DNA of 64,000 nucleotides, from the NCBI GenBank assembly GCA_030704615.1, contig CM060731.1:20460001-20524000 (forward strand), in the 5' to 3' direction. The notes under the pieces are model-generated. The model had not been told where the DNA came from. It did no database searches and saw only the letters and a program-made list of their open reading frames with translations. The DNA is from Takakia lepidozioides (lineage: Eukaryota; Plantae; Bryophyta). Position numbers and translations under genes: made by a program. Below, one piece after another: positions 49,140 through 63,339 of the stretch (position 1 is its first letter; every line of letters starts with the position of its first letter).

Positions 49140-52100
49140 GTAAGCTACAGTGAGAATTTGGACTGGGAAGCAACTTCAACCATTTAACATACCTTCCAAG
49201 ATTGTATTAATTGCGGGAGTTCCATCGAGTATGCATGTGTGTCTTGCCAAAATATTTCTAGTCTTCACAGAAACATTTATCTCAGTGCTTCTGTTCTGGT
49301 TAGTATTAACTATAAATATGGATATCTCGATAGTCATAAGGATATTACTTGTCTATGCAATCATACTCACAAAAGTGTTGTACTTCATGAACTTGTCAAA
49401 ATCAAATGCACCCTGATTTACACTAAAGTGCTTGTGTTGTGTCTCTTCAGGGTGGCGGAAGAAAAGCTGGGCTTGTGTTCAGATCCACACAAGCCACCAT
49501 GTGAAGGGTGCGGTAACCTTCCGCGATCTATGTAATATCTATTGAACAGAAAGATGGTGTGGCTTTATATATTAGGTATCGTGTGCACCCAGGATTGTTT
49601 TGTTCAAAGCCTCTTCTTAGTGAATCAGATTCCAGACATATTATGAATGCATCTGGACATGGTGAGTTGAGCTGGGAAGTCTGGATCAGGCCTCCTTAAC
49701 GACTGCATATCAGGCATTTCCATTGCTGAAGGCTGAGCTTCCGTGACAGTGGACTGGAATTTTTGACTCAACCTGGCTTTGTGTGACTACTGCAGGTCTG
49801 TAGAAATCATGGCCCCTGTCTTTCTCGAAAGCATGGCAATGTGTTTGGTATTTATATAGGTTACTTCATCCCAAAGAAAGTGGGCTTGTGAGCTTGTTAC
49901 TCGTCTTCCTACTTAAATTGTTTCAGGGAGCATTGTATCCATTTAAGTATCACATATCTGGTGCTTAAGGTTGTCAACGAGGATTGGCAAATGTAAAGGG
50001 ATTTGTTGAAAGGATTTACAAAGTGAAGATGTGAGGGACATGTAGGACAAGCTACAAGTAGTTTTGGCAAGGAAAGTTCGTTTAGGGAAAATCTAAAGGT
50101 TTGGGAGACAAGCAATGGCTAAGACCTGTGATTGGCATTGGTTGGCGGCAGATAGACCTGGTTCATGGGTGGGGCCTGGACTGCCGCCTTTATCGCTGCA
50201 TTGATGTAAGCCTGCTACCTGACCTCACTTCTTATTAGGCTTTAGATGTCTAGAACCAGCTTTCTAGCACGATGTCATGTTGATGCCAATGTTGATTTGT
50301 CGAATACCTGGGTTGCAGCCTGCACATGAGAAGATAGGGGTGGTTGATGCTTAGTGCATCGGACACAAGGTTATTCCCTCTCTTGGACAACAGGTGCACT
50401 TCCCTTCCTTCTTTCTCTTTTCTGTAGAGGAAAGCTAATTGCTTGATTTTTCTCTATGATAATGCAGGTACTGGTAAGCTTTGTGCTTGGCAAGTGTGCA
50501 GAAGGACTTGTCACTCGGTGATAACAGATCAGAGGGTGGTTGAATTTTAGTCTAGCCAGTAGAAATTGGCGGGGAGGACCTCGTGGATTGGGTGGTTGAG
50601 GCTCCATCTTGACTTCCTATAATTAACCTCACTAGTATTAGATGGTATGGTGAAGGCAAATTCACTCTTCAATAGCTTGTGTCCTTCCTCCTATTTGTCT
50701 AGGTGTGAATCTCCCACTGTGTTATTTGTACTGATAATCATTTGCAAAGACCCAACACTGGGTTCTCACGCCTGCTCATTGTTTTTGTCTCAGGGAGAAC
50801 CACATCAAGGGAAGCCAACACGGGAAGTGGTTAGTATTTTTTGGCTCTCTGATTCTCGTCCTTTATTGTGGAGGGAGTGTTTAGTAATTGAATAGTTACA
50901 AAGCTAAGTTAATACCTGGCTTGGACCTGACAGTAGTTTGAATAAGTCTTTTATAAAAAAGATGGATTTGTGTAGTATGAGCTATTCCACAGGAAAGTGG
51001 GATAGAAAAGGTCAAGCCTTTTCTCTGTTGGAGTAGGGTGAAAAGCATGTCACCTAATGTAGTACCTAAAGGAAGAAAGATAGCAGAAACTAAGCGCTTC
51101 TGCATGACTCATGTTGGGCTTTATACCAGTAATATCATATTCCCTTTGACATAATAACCCACTGAAGGCATTGTGGGGATGTGAGACGCCATGAGATTGC
51201 CGCAGTGCTCACACCATATAGTTCATGATAGTCTACTTTCACATGCTTGAATGTTGATTTAAGGGCTGACCCTGACATCATACTTAAAACAACTTGAGTT
51301 TTGATTCCTGGACTGCTTCTCTGGCCCTGTACCTTGCAATGAATGTGGCACATGTTGCCGTGGTTTGCCCTATACTGCTGATGGAAAAGGACAGAGAGAA
51401 GTAGAAAGATGTGGAGTGGGAGCTGGGTTGCTGCCGCTGCCACTAAAGACTGACTGCATTATGGATGATGTACTGCAGGCTGCTCTGCTTGAGGACGTTG
51501 AGCATTTGCAAGCTTGCCTTGAGGAGTCCACTGACATTTACTCAGGTGGGAGAGATTGTCTTTGAATGTACATCCCCCTATCTACCTGTCACACATATTT
51601 GGAGCTTGGAGCTATAGAAGAGGCGGTTTCCTAGTGTTTCCTAGCCCTTCCCAAGCAGATCTCACAGCCCATAGATAGTCATCTTGGGGTAAGATCCAGA
51701 TGCTTCTCCTCATCTTATATCTGTCATGTTTCCTTGAAAAATCTTCCAGACTTTTCTGTCCTAGTGAAGTAATACATCATTGTCGGGTACATTGTGGTGC
51801 CACTCGAGTTTGCTGCTCTATACATCAAAGAGGCGAGCATAAGTAATGGTCCTCTGCCATACCATAACGATATGATTAGGAAACAGAGAGAGTTTGGGCA
51901 GGTGGTAGGAAACTCCACAATTTGGACCCTGAAGCTCTTGAACCATGATGCAATGTAGTTGAAAAAATGCTACAATGGTGATTTGTGAATAGAGCTCTTC
52001 AATTGCAGCAGTACTAGTGGACTGTTGCCCCTGTGTGGGCTTGGGTTTTGGGACTTGTAGCCTTTGAGGCTTGTTTTTTAATCCATGTGGCCTTTCAGAC

Positions 52101-53628
52101 TTCTTGAATGCTCATTGTACAACCTTGTGGCATCTATGGGAACATTTTTTCCCATTGGATTTTTCCTGTATGATTGACATTCCAGTGACAATCTCTATAT
52201 TTGTGTGAAAGTTTTTCATTCAATTAAATATATTTAATCTATATATTTAATATATATATTTAAATATATCTGAATGTCAAATCGATAAACAAAATTTACA
52301 TGAAATTAATAAACAAAATAAGATTAATGGTTTATAAATTAATCGAATAAAGACACGTGTTAGGTGACCCACCAGAACCAGCACACATCTGTAGTGATCC
52401 AGTCATATTTGTAGTCATGAAATATGCCACATGCTACCCTCAGTGATGTAGTGAATAGTGATGTAGTTAGAAGGTACAGTCCTGTAGTCATACATATCCG
52501 GGGGGGGGTGTCATGGAGAAGCCTCTCTATTTTGCACTTCTCTGTAGTGACGTAATCATAAGTGTAGTCATGAAACGTAGCTTTGTAGTCGTATAGTTAT
52601 GACTATAGTACTACAACCCACATCACTATGAGTCGTTGGGCAGGTGCCATGTCTGCAGTGATGATCATGACTCATGCACTTATCACTCCATTACTAATGG
52701 TAGAATTGCGTTTCTCATTCTGCGGAGTAATGTCTCAGTAATGTAGTCATAAAATTTGCACATATGACTACAAATGTAGTGATATTTGCAGTCATAGAAG
52801 GGATAATCTGTACTCTAAGTGTATATGACTACATTCACGGTAATAGGTTTCTAGAGCAAGGGTGCGATACAATCCGTTGTTATATATTCAAGATGTCTAC
52901 ATGTGGGCCTAGGAGCAGCATGGACCTAGTAAGCCGAGTATCAATCCATCCCAATATTCTGAGAACTATGTTCAATTTTTCACAAAAGAAAGGGCTGGGT
53001 CATCCCCACGGTGGTACATGCAGAGATCCCGTGTTTTGTTTTTTTCTGGAAGAAAAATGGCAGATCTACATTTCAACATTCAATTTTCACAAGCCGCATC
53101 AATCAATAACAACATACCCAAATACCCTTACATTCACTATATGAACTTTCAAGCATCCACCATGGGATTGGATCAAGGCTAGCTTTTGACAATATTCATG
53201 CAAGTTCATCAAGGGCTCCATCCAAAACCACACCACGAGAAACAAACACATCCAAATTTAAGATGCTGAAAAAACTTGTGCACAGGGCTGCCCCTCTCAT
53301 CAAGCTCATTAAAATTCGTATTCACTTCCATCTTGAAGCTTTGGAGAAGCTCCACCACCCAAACCCAGAATTAGGACAACACTCTGATTTCCATCCACTG
53401 TCACAGAATCAGTCAAAAATCACCCCTTCAGTCAAGTGCAATTATGGGCTGACTTCCCACCTATGCCGGGTAGCCCCACTATCATTTCATGTGGATTTAT
53501 AGCACAGGAAATTCACTCAACAGTACATCATGGTCAATACTTTCGGGAAATGGTGGATGGTGTGAGTAGCTAAGTCACATATCAATGAATGAAGCAAGAC
53601 ACTCGCATCTTTCCAAGAAGACATCCTT

Positions 53629-55640
53629 TCACCAGTAATCACCACAAGAACAAATCCCATCTTCAAAGTGGTGAAAGCGGTTAACGTCCCGTACAACAAT
53701 TGCTCGGCCAACAATCTTTGAGATGAATTTGGTGGAGGTGTGGCAGCACCACACACTCGAAGATTCTTGATGAGACGGAGAGGCGTCCTAGGGGTCATGC
53801 TGATCAGCCCAAAACCAATGGCCAGCTTCTCACTGTGGTGGCAAAGAGAAAATTCATTTTCCTCCTCCCCACATCATGCAATACAAAGTGCCTGTCAGGC
53901 ACATACCCCGCCTCCTTCATCTTCCCAGACAATCTTCTCAACTCAGCATGGATTTCCTTGATTCTGGGATGCACAGCAACCTGGCTCCTTTTCAACCCCT
54001 CTGACCTTCATCATTCTTCTCACCTTTATAGTATCAACCCACCTGCCAGCTGCAGCATAGATGTTTGATAGCAACATAAGTCGCGGCATCCTGTTCATTC
54101 CACTTGAGGATAGATGTTGCCGCACGTTGAGCCATCTCTACATTGTCATGGTATCTGCAGGCACTAAACAAGGCCTTCCACACCACAACATCTGGATTGA
54201 TTGGCATTTTATTAATCAAGTCCACTGCCGCATCCAGTTGTCCCGCACGTCCAAGAAGGTCCACCATGCAGCCAAAGTGCTATACTGTCGGAGTGACACC
54301 ACGATCTTGAATCAGGGAATCGAAGTAGCGTTTACCTTCATTCAGAACGCCAGTGTGGCTGCATGCAGAGAGAACACATATTGCTTCAAGCCGTTCTTTT
54401 GCATTCCTTCAAATAGTTGCAGGACCTCCCTATGACAACCATGTTGTGCATATCCTGCGATCATTGCATTCCACGACACCACATCTCATTCAGCCATATT
54501 GTCGAACACTCCCTTTGCATCCTCCATGCACCCACATTTGGCGTACATGTCCACCAGGGCAGAATTCAGGATCACATCTGGTACAATTCCAGCTCTGACG
54601 ATGTTGCCATGCACCTCTTTGCCCTTTTCCAGGGCTGCCAGGCTTGCACACGTACTGCAAACGCACACAAACGTGATGTGGTCGGGCTTCACCCCGTCGC
54701 ACATCATTTGCTCATAGGTCTCCAAAGCCTCCATCCCACGTCCCTGCTGTGCATACCCTGCAAGCACCGCACTCCACGACACCACACCTCGTTCAGCCAT
54801 AGTGTCGAACACTCCCTTTGCATCCTAGATGCACCCACATTTTGCAAACATGTCTACCAGGGCATTGTTTAGAATGACAGCTGGTACTATTCTAGCTCTG
54901 AAGATGTCGCAATGGACCTCTTTCCCCTTTTCCAGAGCTACCAGGGCAGTGTTTAGAATGACATTTGGTACAATTCCAGCTTTGACGATATCCCCATGCA
55001 CCTCTTTGCCCTTCTCTAGGGCTGCCAGGCTTGCACGACGCCACCATCTTGTTCAGCCATAGTGTTGAACACTCCCATTGCGTCCTAGATGCACCCACAT
55101 TTTTGCAAACATGTCCACCAGGGTATTGTTCAGAATGAAATCTGGTACAATTCCAGCTCTGAAGATGTCGCCATGGACCTCTTTGCCCCTTTCCAGAGCT
55201 GCCAGGCTTGCACACGCATTGCAAACGCACCCAAACGTGATGTGGTCGGGCTTCACCCCTTCTCCCATCATTTGTTCATAAGTCTCCAAAGCCTCCATAC
55301 CACGTTTTTGTTGTGCATACCCTACAAGCATCGCGTCCAATGGCACCACATCTCGTTCAGCCATAGTGTTTGAAAACTCCCTTCGCATCCTTAATGCACC
55401 CACATTTGGCATATATGTCCACCAGAGCAGTTTGCAGAATGACATCTGGTACAATTCCAGCTTTGACGATGTCACCATGGACCTCTTTCCCCTTTTCCAG
55501 AGCTCCCCGGCTTGCACACGCATTGTAAACAAAAAGTGGTTGGGCTTCCCCTTTCGTGCAGCATTTGCTCATAGGTCTCAAAGCATTCCTACCAAACCCG
55601 TGCTTGGTAAATCTTGCCAACATCCACATGATCAAACATC
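53629..55640 (-). pseudogene. Frameshifted PLS-E-DYW PPR gene (canonical C-to-U type deaminase)
   Basis: P-L-S repeats, [43 protein letters not shown]-stop at 53629. Confidence 0.9.
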
Positions 55641-55669
55641 GTTGAGGCATTCGTTGAACACTTGGTGAG

Positions 55670-56795
55670 CATCCCATCTCTACATTGTCATGGATTTTGC
55701 AGGCACTAAACAAGGCCTTCCACACCACAACATCTGGATTGATTGGCATTTTTTTAATCAGGATAATCAGGCCCACTGCCTCATCCAGTTGTCCCGCACG
55801 TCCAAGAAGGTCCATCATGCAACCAAAGTGCTATACTGCACTCAGGGAATCGAAGTAGCGTCTACCTTCATTCAGAACGCCAGTGTGGCTACATGCAGAG
55901 AGAACACATACTGCTTCAAGCCGTTCTTTTGCATTCCTTCAAATAGTTGCAGGACCTCCCTATGACAACCATGCTGTGCATATCTTGCGATCATTGCATT
56001 CCACGACACCACATCTCATTCAGCCATATTGTCGAACACTCCCTTTGCATCCTCCTCATGCACCCACATTGGCATACATGTCCACCAGGGCAGTGTTCAG
56101 GATGACATCTGGTACAAATCCAGCTTTGACGATGTCACCATGGAACTCTTCCCCCTTTTTCCAGGGCTCCTAGCTTGCACACGCATTGCAAACGCAAACA
56201 AATGTGTTGCGGTTGGGCTTCACCCCTTCGCACATCAATTGCTCATAGGTCTCCAAAGCCTCCATCCCGCATCCTTGCTGTGCATATCCTACAATCATCG
56301 CACTCCACGACACCACATCTCATTCAGCCATACTGTCGAACACTTCCTTTGCATCCTCGACATTTGACATACATGTCCAGCAGGGGCAGTGTTCAGAATG
56401 ACATTGGGTACAATTCCAGATGTGACGATGTCACCATGGACCACTTTGCACCTTTCTAGAGCTGCCAGGCTTGCACACGCAAACAACGTTATGCGGTTGG
56501 GCTTCACCCCTTCCCCACATTAGGTCTCCGAAAGGCCTCCATCCCGGCCCTTGCTGTGCATATCCTGCAATCATCGCCCTCCACGACACCACATTTCTTT
56601 CAGCCATACTGTCAAAAACTCCCTTTGCATCCTCGATGCACTCACATTTGACATACATGTCCAGCAGGGCTCAGCAGGGCTGTGTTCAGGATGACATCTG
56701 GTACAAATCAGCTTTGACAATGTCACCATGGACCTCATTGCACCTTTCCAGGGCTGCCAGGCTTGCACACGCATTGCAAATGCAAACAAACGTCA
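55670..56795 (-). pseudogene. Tandem degenerate PLS PPR copy (to E domain)
   Basis: MMDLLGRAGQLDEAV...VVVWKALFSAC; near-duplicate of 54130-54800. Confidence 0.85.
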
Positions 56796-56934
56796 ACAAG
56801 CTTCTCCTCATCTATGTTATCTGTTTTTGGATACTTTCCTGCTGCCACATCGGTAGTAACTTGTCAAAGTCAGTCCTGACCACCACAGATACACCCAACA
56901 AGCTAACTTACAGAATTCACTATGCATCTCAGGG

Positions 56935-57540
56935 CCGCCCTGGAAAAGGGCAAAGAGGTGCATGGTTGCAATGCCAAAGCTGGAATTGTACCAGATGTGA
57001 TCTTGAACAATACCCTCGTGGACATGTATGCCAAATGTGGGTGCATCAAAGATGCGGATGAAGTGTTCAACAGTATGGCTGAACGAGATTTGGTGTCATG
57101 GAATGCCATGCTTGCAGGATATGCACAGCAGGGGCGCGGGATGTAGGCCTTGGAGACCTATGAGCAAATGATGGGTAAGGGGTGAAGTGCGACCACATCA
57201 CGTTTGTGTGCATTTGCAATGCTTGTGCAAGCCTGGCAGCCCTGGAAAAGGGCATAGGGTGCATGGTGACATCATCAAAGCTGGAATTGTACCAAGGTTG
57301 CAATGTGTGTGCAAACCTGGGAGCCCTGGAAAATGGGAAAGAGGTCCGTGATGACATCGTCAATGCTGGAATTGCAGCACATTCATCCTGAAACATGCCC
57401 TGATGGACAATGCCAAATGTGGGTGGATCGAGGATGCGAAGGGAGTTTTCAACACTGTGGTTGAAAGAAATGTGGTGTCGTGGAACGCTATGCTTGCAGG
57501 GCATGCACAGCAGGGGCACGGGATGGAGGCTTTGGAGACC
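56935..57540 (+). pseudogene. Inverted PLS PPR fragment
   Basis: Plus-strand ORFs 56922, 57182 and 57410 are nearly identical to minus-strand ORFs 63732, 63526 and 63311. Confidence 0.85.
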
Positions 57541-57769
57541 TATTAGAGTGTGTGTACAGAAGCATCCAAGAGGGCCAGATTTCAAGCACAAGATTACCTA
57601 TGATTTTGTCAGTTAGTTCGTTAGCTCGGAGCACGGATAGAGTGTGGGTCCAGATTCATCCAAGAGGCCAGATTTCAAGCACAAGAGTACCTGTGATTCT
57701 ATGTGGATCGATAGTTACAAGAAACCTGCATGGGTAGATGGTCAACTGGAAGCCGCAGAAAATAGCGAC

Positions 57770-58430
57770 ACGAACTGCAAATGCACACAAACGTGATGTG
57801 GCTTCACCCCTTCCCCATCATTTGCTCATAGGTCTCCAAAGCCTCCATCCCACGCCCCTGCTGTGCATACCCTGCAAGCATCGCGTTCCACGACACCCAC
57901 ATCTGTTCAGCCATTTGAAAAACTCCCTTCGCATCCTTCATGCACCCACATTTGGCATACATGTCCACCAGGGCAGTGTTCAGGATGACATCATGTACAA
58001 TTCCAGCTTTGGCGATGTCACCACGGACCTTTTTCCTCTTTTCCAGAGCTCCCAGGCTTGCACACGCACTGCAAACGCCCACAAACGTGATGCGGTTGGG
58101 CTTCACCCCTTCGCACATCAATTGCTCATAGGTCTCCAAGTCCTCCATCCCACATACTTGCTGTGCATATCCTGCAATCATCGCACTCCACACACCACAT
58201 CTCATTCAGCCATAGTGTCAACACTCCCTTTCCATCCTCAATGCTCCACATTTGACATACATGTCCAGCAGGCAGTGTTCAAAATTACATCGGGTACAGT
58301 TCCAGATTTGACGATGTCACCATGCACCTCTTTGCACCTTTCCAGGGCTGCCAGGCTTGCACACGCATTGCCAATGCAAACAAACGTTATGCGGTTGGGC
58401 TTCACCCCTTCGCACATCATTTGCTCAGAG
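57770..58430 (-). pseudogene. Degenerate PLS PPR fragment
   Basis: [11 protein letters not shown]...GVKPNRITFV...LVDMYAKCGCMKDAKGVF. Confidence 0.85.
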
Positions 58431-58939
58431 GAAGTGTGATGTAAAGATGTGAAGACCCAGTTGCATCTGTCAAAGTCCCTTTGGGAGTGAAGTAGGTGAC
58501 CAAAATGATAAAACGGCAGGAGGTCACCTGACCTCACAACAGAGCACAAACTCTTCATAAGTGCGTGCTTGTGCAGCATGACTTCCCTATTTCAAGTCCA
58601 AGCTTATGACTTCCCACAACATCTGCAACAGAACTCCCCAGATTTTTACCAGTCATGGTCTAGTAAAGGATAGGCAATATATTTGGAGCATACTTTGCTT
58701 ATAAGATAGTGTTCAAGCCACAGATGTCGCACGGCCAGCTTATTGCCAGGCTACACCATGTTTGATAGTACTACTTGCTTGCTTTAAGTTTGAAATTTGA
58801 CTCATCTAGCCACAAAATCCATCTGTTTAAGTATGAGTGTGAGATAAAGCAGCCAGAAACATTGCTTCTCTCCGCCTTACGACACTCCCATTGGAATGGG
58901 GCAGGGAGATGAGAGGAGCTATGAAAAGAGCGAGAGCCC

Positions 58940-60600
58940 CACCTCTTGTACTTCTTTCCATAGCCGCATGGACAAGTAGCATTTCGACTCAGTTGTCCAC
59001 TTTTTGCAAGATTCATAGATGTTGCCGCATTCCAGCGACCCCCCATCAACTCTTCCACCTTCACCAATCAACAAATCCATGGTGTCAACCTCAGGCCAGA
59101 CCCTTCATCTCCCAGCTATGGCCACCTTATATTCAAGGTACAGGGACAAATATATTTCATCATTCAAGGTATTAAAAGATGGTAGGAAACAGGCAAACAA
59201 TGAAAGCCATTGGTGAGACAGCGAGGAGGAGAGATTTTGAAAAGAGAATGCAGCTGCTAGAGCATAACAAAAACATACAAGAGCTCTTAGGCAGCAAACA
59301 CGGGAGACTAACCTTGTCAAGAGACTTGGGAAGCGGCTTGCTTTCCTCCTTAAGCTTCATCACACGCATGTTTGCCTCATTTGCCCACTCGTACTTTGCC
59401 AGTACGGCATCAACATCGCGCACAGTGCACCCCCACTCCGTTGCCACCTCAGCCTTGTGCAGCTCTCCAACTCGCTGGACCCACACCATGCCCAGCCCGA
59501 TGCCCCTTGCTTACTTTCTGAAGACATCGTGTGCTCACCTGCAAGCCCGGCCGTCCAGTATGCAGCCCTCTTTAACTGTTTACCACTTCTGAAGGTTGGT
59601 GCTCTCATTAAACATTGAAACAGACTTTCCTGTAGCAACCCAAATTCAGATGTAATGAAAAAGCATACCAGAGGGTCATGTCGGGCTAGGGATCGAAGAA
59701 TCCCCTCCTGTCTCTCAAGGGATTTTACAGCTGATACTTCACCCCCTCTGGGCAGGCCACGTCCAAACGTCGTTAGACTTCCAAACTGGCGTGCCTTCTT
59801 CAACTCATCTGCAAAATCTGTACAACACAAAGAAAATCTATTGAGAGGCAGAGCCAGATTTCAAAGAAAGATTCACAAATCGTGTACATACTTGTACTAG
59901 ACCGGTTATTGGGCTAATTTCCAACCTCTGACCGCCGTGGCTGCAAACTACAGGATTGGGTTCTCAATCTGGGGTCTTCGAGCACTCATTGAAAGAAGAC
60001 ATAAAATTTCTTGCTTGTTTGATCACTGTTACTCTTCCCACGAAAGACTTACATTCCCGGCGGAAACCATCGGCCAGTTTCCGCATCCCCCCCTCTGTTA
60101 TACTGGTGTCCTATATTGCGAATCATCATAATCATCATATTGCGAATCTCCGCCATTGTCTCCTATAAGCCAAATTGGTACCAGAAGCAGACTTGTCTAC
60201 ACCATCATTTCATCATTCAGCTAAGAAATTCGTGAAGTGTCCTTTGCAATAAATAAACAAAGTGATCCAACGGTTCATACATATCAACTCCCAGCAGTCA
60301 CATTGTGCAAGTGAGGGCCTTAGTTTGTTGAATCTGTAGCAGAGCACCTAGCGACACAGTAGAATGGCACTCACTTTCCATTGTAAGGTCATGCTGAGAC
60401 ACAGACTTTTCTTTAGAAGTATCCGATTGGGAAGAATCTGATGAAGGTGTCTTGCTCTTGAACACACTCTTCAGCCTCTGCATCCAGGACGAAGCTCCTG
60501 CAGATGAACCCTCATCCTCCACCGCCGTTGCAAAACCTGATGCATGTGAGGGCCAATGTGTGCATTCTGGGATATGGGTCCGTTGGGAAAATGTAGGAAC
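58940..60600 (-). CDS. Multi-exon SEC-C motif / SRP54 M-domain-like protein (organellar); 5' end uncertain or frameshifted
   Basis: Exons SSWMQRLKSVF...HDLTME; FADELKKARQFGSL...ILRSLARHDP; GCTVRDVDAVLAKYEWA...KPLPKS; VEELMGG...SRNATCPCGYGKKYKR (SEC-C). Confidence 0.65.
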
Positions 60601-61608
60601 GGGTGACGGTGAGAGATGACAGGAACGTAAAGGACAACGCAGGGCTACAATCTACCTTAGCATGGATTTCCTCAATTTGTTGAGAGCTTGCAGCTTGCAA
60701 GGTGAACGATGGCGGCAGATCAAGATCCGGGCATTGCGGCAGTTCCGAAAAAGTTGGCGCGGCGATTTCTATTGGCATATTTCGGGCGGGCAGTCCGGGC
60801 AAATTCCAAATTGACGACGACGATGACGTGTCTACGATGACCTAGCTACGATGATGTGTCTACAATGACGTGGCGATGATGATGTGGCACTATGGCACCC
60901 TATTCTTGCTCTACGCTAAACTAGCTTTCGACCTTCGGTCGTCACTAGAACTAGGGCTTCGCGTTGCTCTGCACTACTAGCGACGAATTCTGAGAACTAC
61001 GTTCAATTTTTCACAAAAATGGGGTGGGTCATCCCCACTGTGTTACATGCAGAGATCCCATGTTTTGTTTTTTCCTGGAAGAAAAATGGCGGATCTGCAT
61101 TTCAATGTTCAATTTTCACAAGCCACATCAATCAATATCAACATACCCAAATACCCTTACATTCACTGTATGAACTTTCAAGCATCCACCATGGGATTGG
61201 ATCTTGGTGGGTTAAGGCTAGCTTTTGACAATATTCATGCAAGTTCGTCAAGGGCTCCATCCAAAGCCACACCACGAGAAACAAACAAACATGTCCAAAT
61301 TTAAGATGCTGAACAAACTTGTGCACAGGGCTGCCCCTCTCATCAAGCTCATTAAAATTCGTATTCACTTCCATCTTCAAGCTTTGGAGAAGCTCCACCA
61401 CCCAAACCCAGAATTAGGATAGCACTCTGATTTCCATCCACTATCACCAGAATCAGTCAAAAATCACCCCTTCAGTCAAGTGCAATTGTGGGTTGACTTC
61501 CTACCTATGTCGGGTAGACCCCACTATCAGGAAATGGTGGATGGTCTGAGTAGCTACACAGATCAATGAATGAAGCAAGACACTAGCATCTTTCCAAGAA
61601 AACATCCT

Positions 61609-63270
61609 TCACCAGTAATCACCACAAGAACAAATCCCATCTTCAAAGTGGTGGAAAGTAGTTAGCGTCCCATACAACAATTGCTCGGCCAACAATCTTT
61701 GAGATGAATTTGGTGGAGGTGTGGCAGTCTCCACACACTCGAGGATTCTTGATGAGTCGTGCTGATCAGCCCAAAACCAATGGCCAGCTTCTCACTGTGG
61801 TGGCTAAGAGAAAATTCCTTTCCTCCACATCATGCAATAAAAAGCGTGTGTCAGGCACATACCCCACCTCCTTCATCTGCCCATACAATCTTCTCAGCTC
61901 AGCATGGATTTCCTTAATTCTGGGATGCAACTTGTCATCTGGCTCCTTTCTAACCCCTCTGACCTTCATCATTCTTCTCACCTTTGCAGTATCATCCCAC
62001 CTGCCAGCTGCAGCATGGATGTTTGATATAGCACCACATAAGTCGTGGCATCCTGTTCATCCCACTTGAGGATAGATGTTGCCACATATTGAGCCATCTC
62101 CACATTGCCATGGATTCTGCAGGCACCAAGCAAGGCCTTGCACACCACAACATCTGGATTGATTGGCATTTTATTAATCAGGTCCACTGCCTCATCCAGT
62201 TGTCCCGCATGTCCGAGAAGGTCCACCATGCAGCCAGAGTGCTTTACTGTCAGATTGATACCATGATCTTCACTCAGGGAATCGAAGTAGCATCTTCTTT
62301 CATTCAATAGGTCAGTGTGGCTGCAGGCCGAGAGAACACATATAAAGGTGATACTGTTTGTGTTGGGCGTTAGACCCTTTATTTTGCATTTGTTCATACA
62401 TCTCAACAGCCTCCCTGCCATACTCATGCGGAGCATATGCTACAATCATGGTCCTCCATGAAACCACATCATGTTGTGTCATATTGTCACCTGCCAAATG
62501 CGGCGTAGATGTTGGATAGCAGCACATAAGCTGCATGGTGGTTGGGATCGCACTTGAGAAGAGATTTGCTGCATGTTTGCTACCTCCACATCCCCATGAA
62601 TTCAAGCAGCAGCAAGCAAGGTCCCCCAAACTAGAGCATTTGGTTCAATTGGCATTTTGTTGATGAACTCTTCTGCCTCATCTCATCGGCCTACACGGCC
62701 AAGAAGGTCCACAATGCAGCAAAAATGCTCCACTGTAGGAGTGAGGCCGTGATCTCTACTCATGGAACCAAATAAGTGGTGGCCTTCATCCACCAGGCCT
62801 ACATGCCTACAAGCAGAGAGAAGAGAAATGAAGGTGATACCATCTGGCTTCAAGCCTTCCTGCTGCATCTGTTCAAATAGTTGGAAGGCCTCTGTACTAC
62901 ACCCATGCTGAGCATATCCTGCAATTATGGCATTCCATGCTTGCTGAACCATATTTTCAAACACTTGACGTGCATCGTGAACACTCCCACATTTGGCATA
63001 CATGTTAACAAGGACATTATCCAAGTTAATATATGACACAACCCCAGCTTTGTTAATATCAGCATGGACCTGCGTGCCCTTTTCCAGGGCCCCTAGACTG
63101 GCACATGCATTGACAACGGAAACGAACGTGACCCTGTTCGGTGTCATCGCGTCCAGTTCCATTTGCTTGTATCTTGAAAGCCTCTTCAGCATAGCCATGC
63201 TCAGCATATCCTGTAATCATGGCATTCCATCTCGATCAGGCATTATGTCGAAAACATGACGTGCATCTTT
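61609..63270 (-). pseudogene. Frameshifted, chimeric PLS-E-DYW PPR gene
   Basis: PPR repeats, two E-region starts (CIVDLLGRVG and CMVDLLGHAG), [21 protein letters not shown]-stop at 61609. Confidence 0.85.
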
Positions 63271-63339
63271 TCCGCTCCCACATTTGGCGTCAAGAAGGTT
63301 GTTCTCCACTTTAATATCTTGCAATCATTGCACTCCATG

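Noticed and set aside
52380-52830. GTAGTCAT/ATGACTAC short repeats as a CRISPR-like array or TE terminus
   Set aside because: Irregular spacing, degenerate units and no TIR or TSD identified; eukaryotic context.
54061-58439. Numerous plus-strand ORFs over the PPR cluster
   Set aside because: Antisense shadows of the minus-strand PPR repeats, except the true inversion at 56935-57540.
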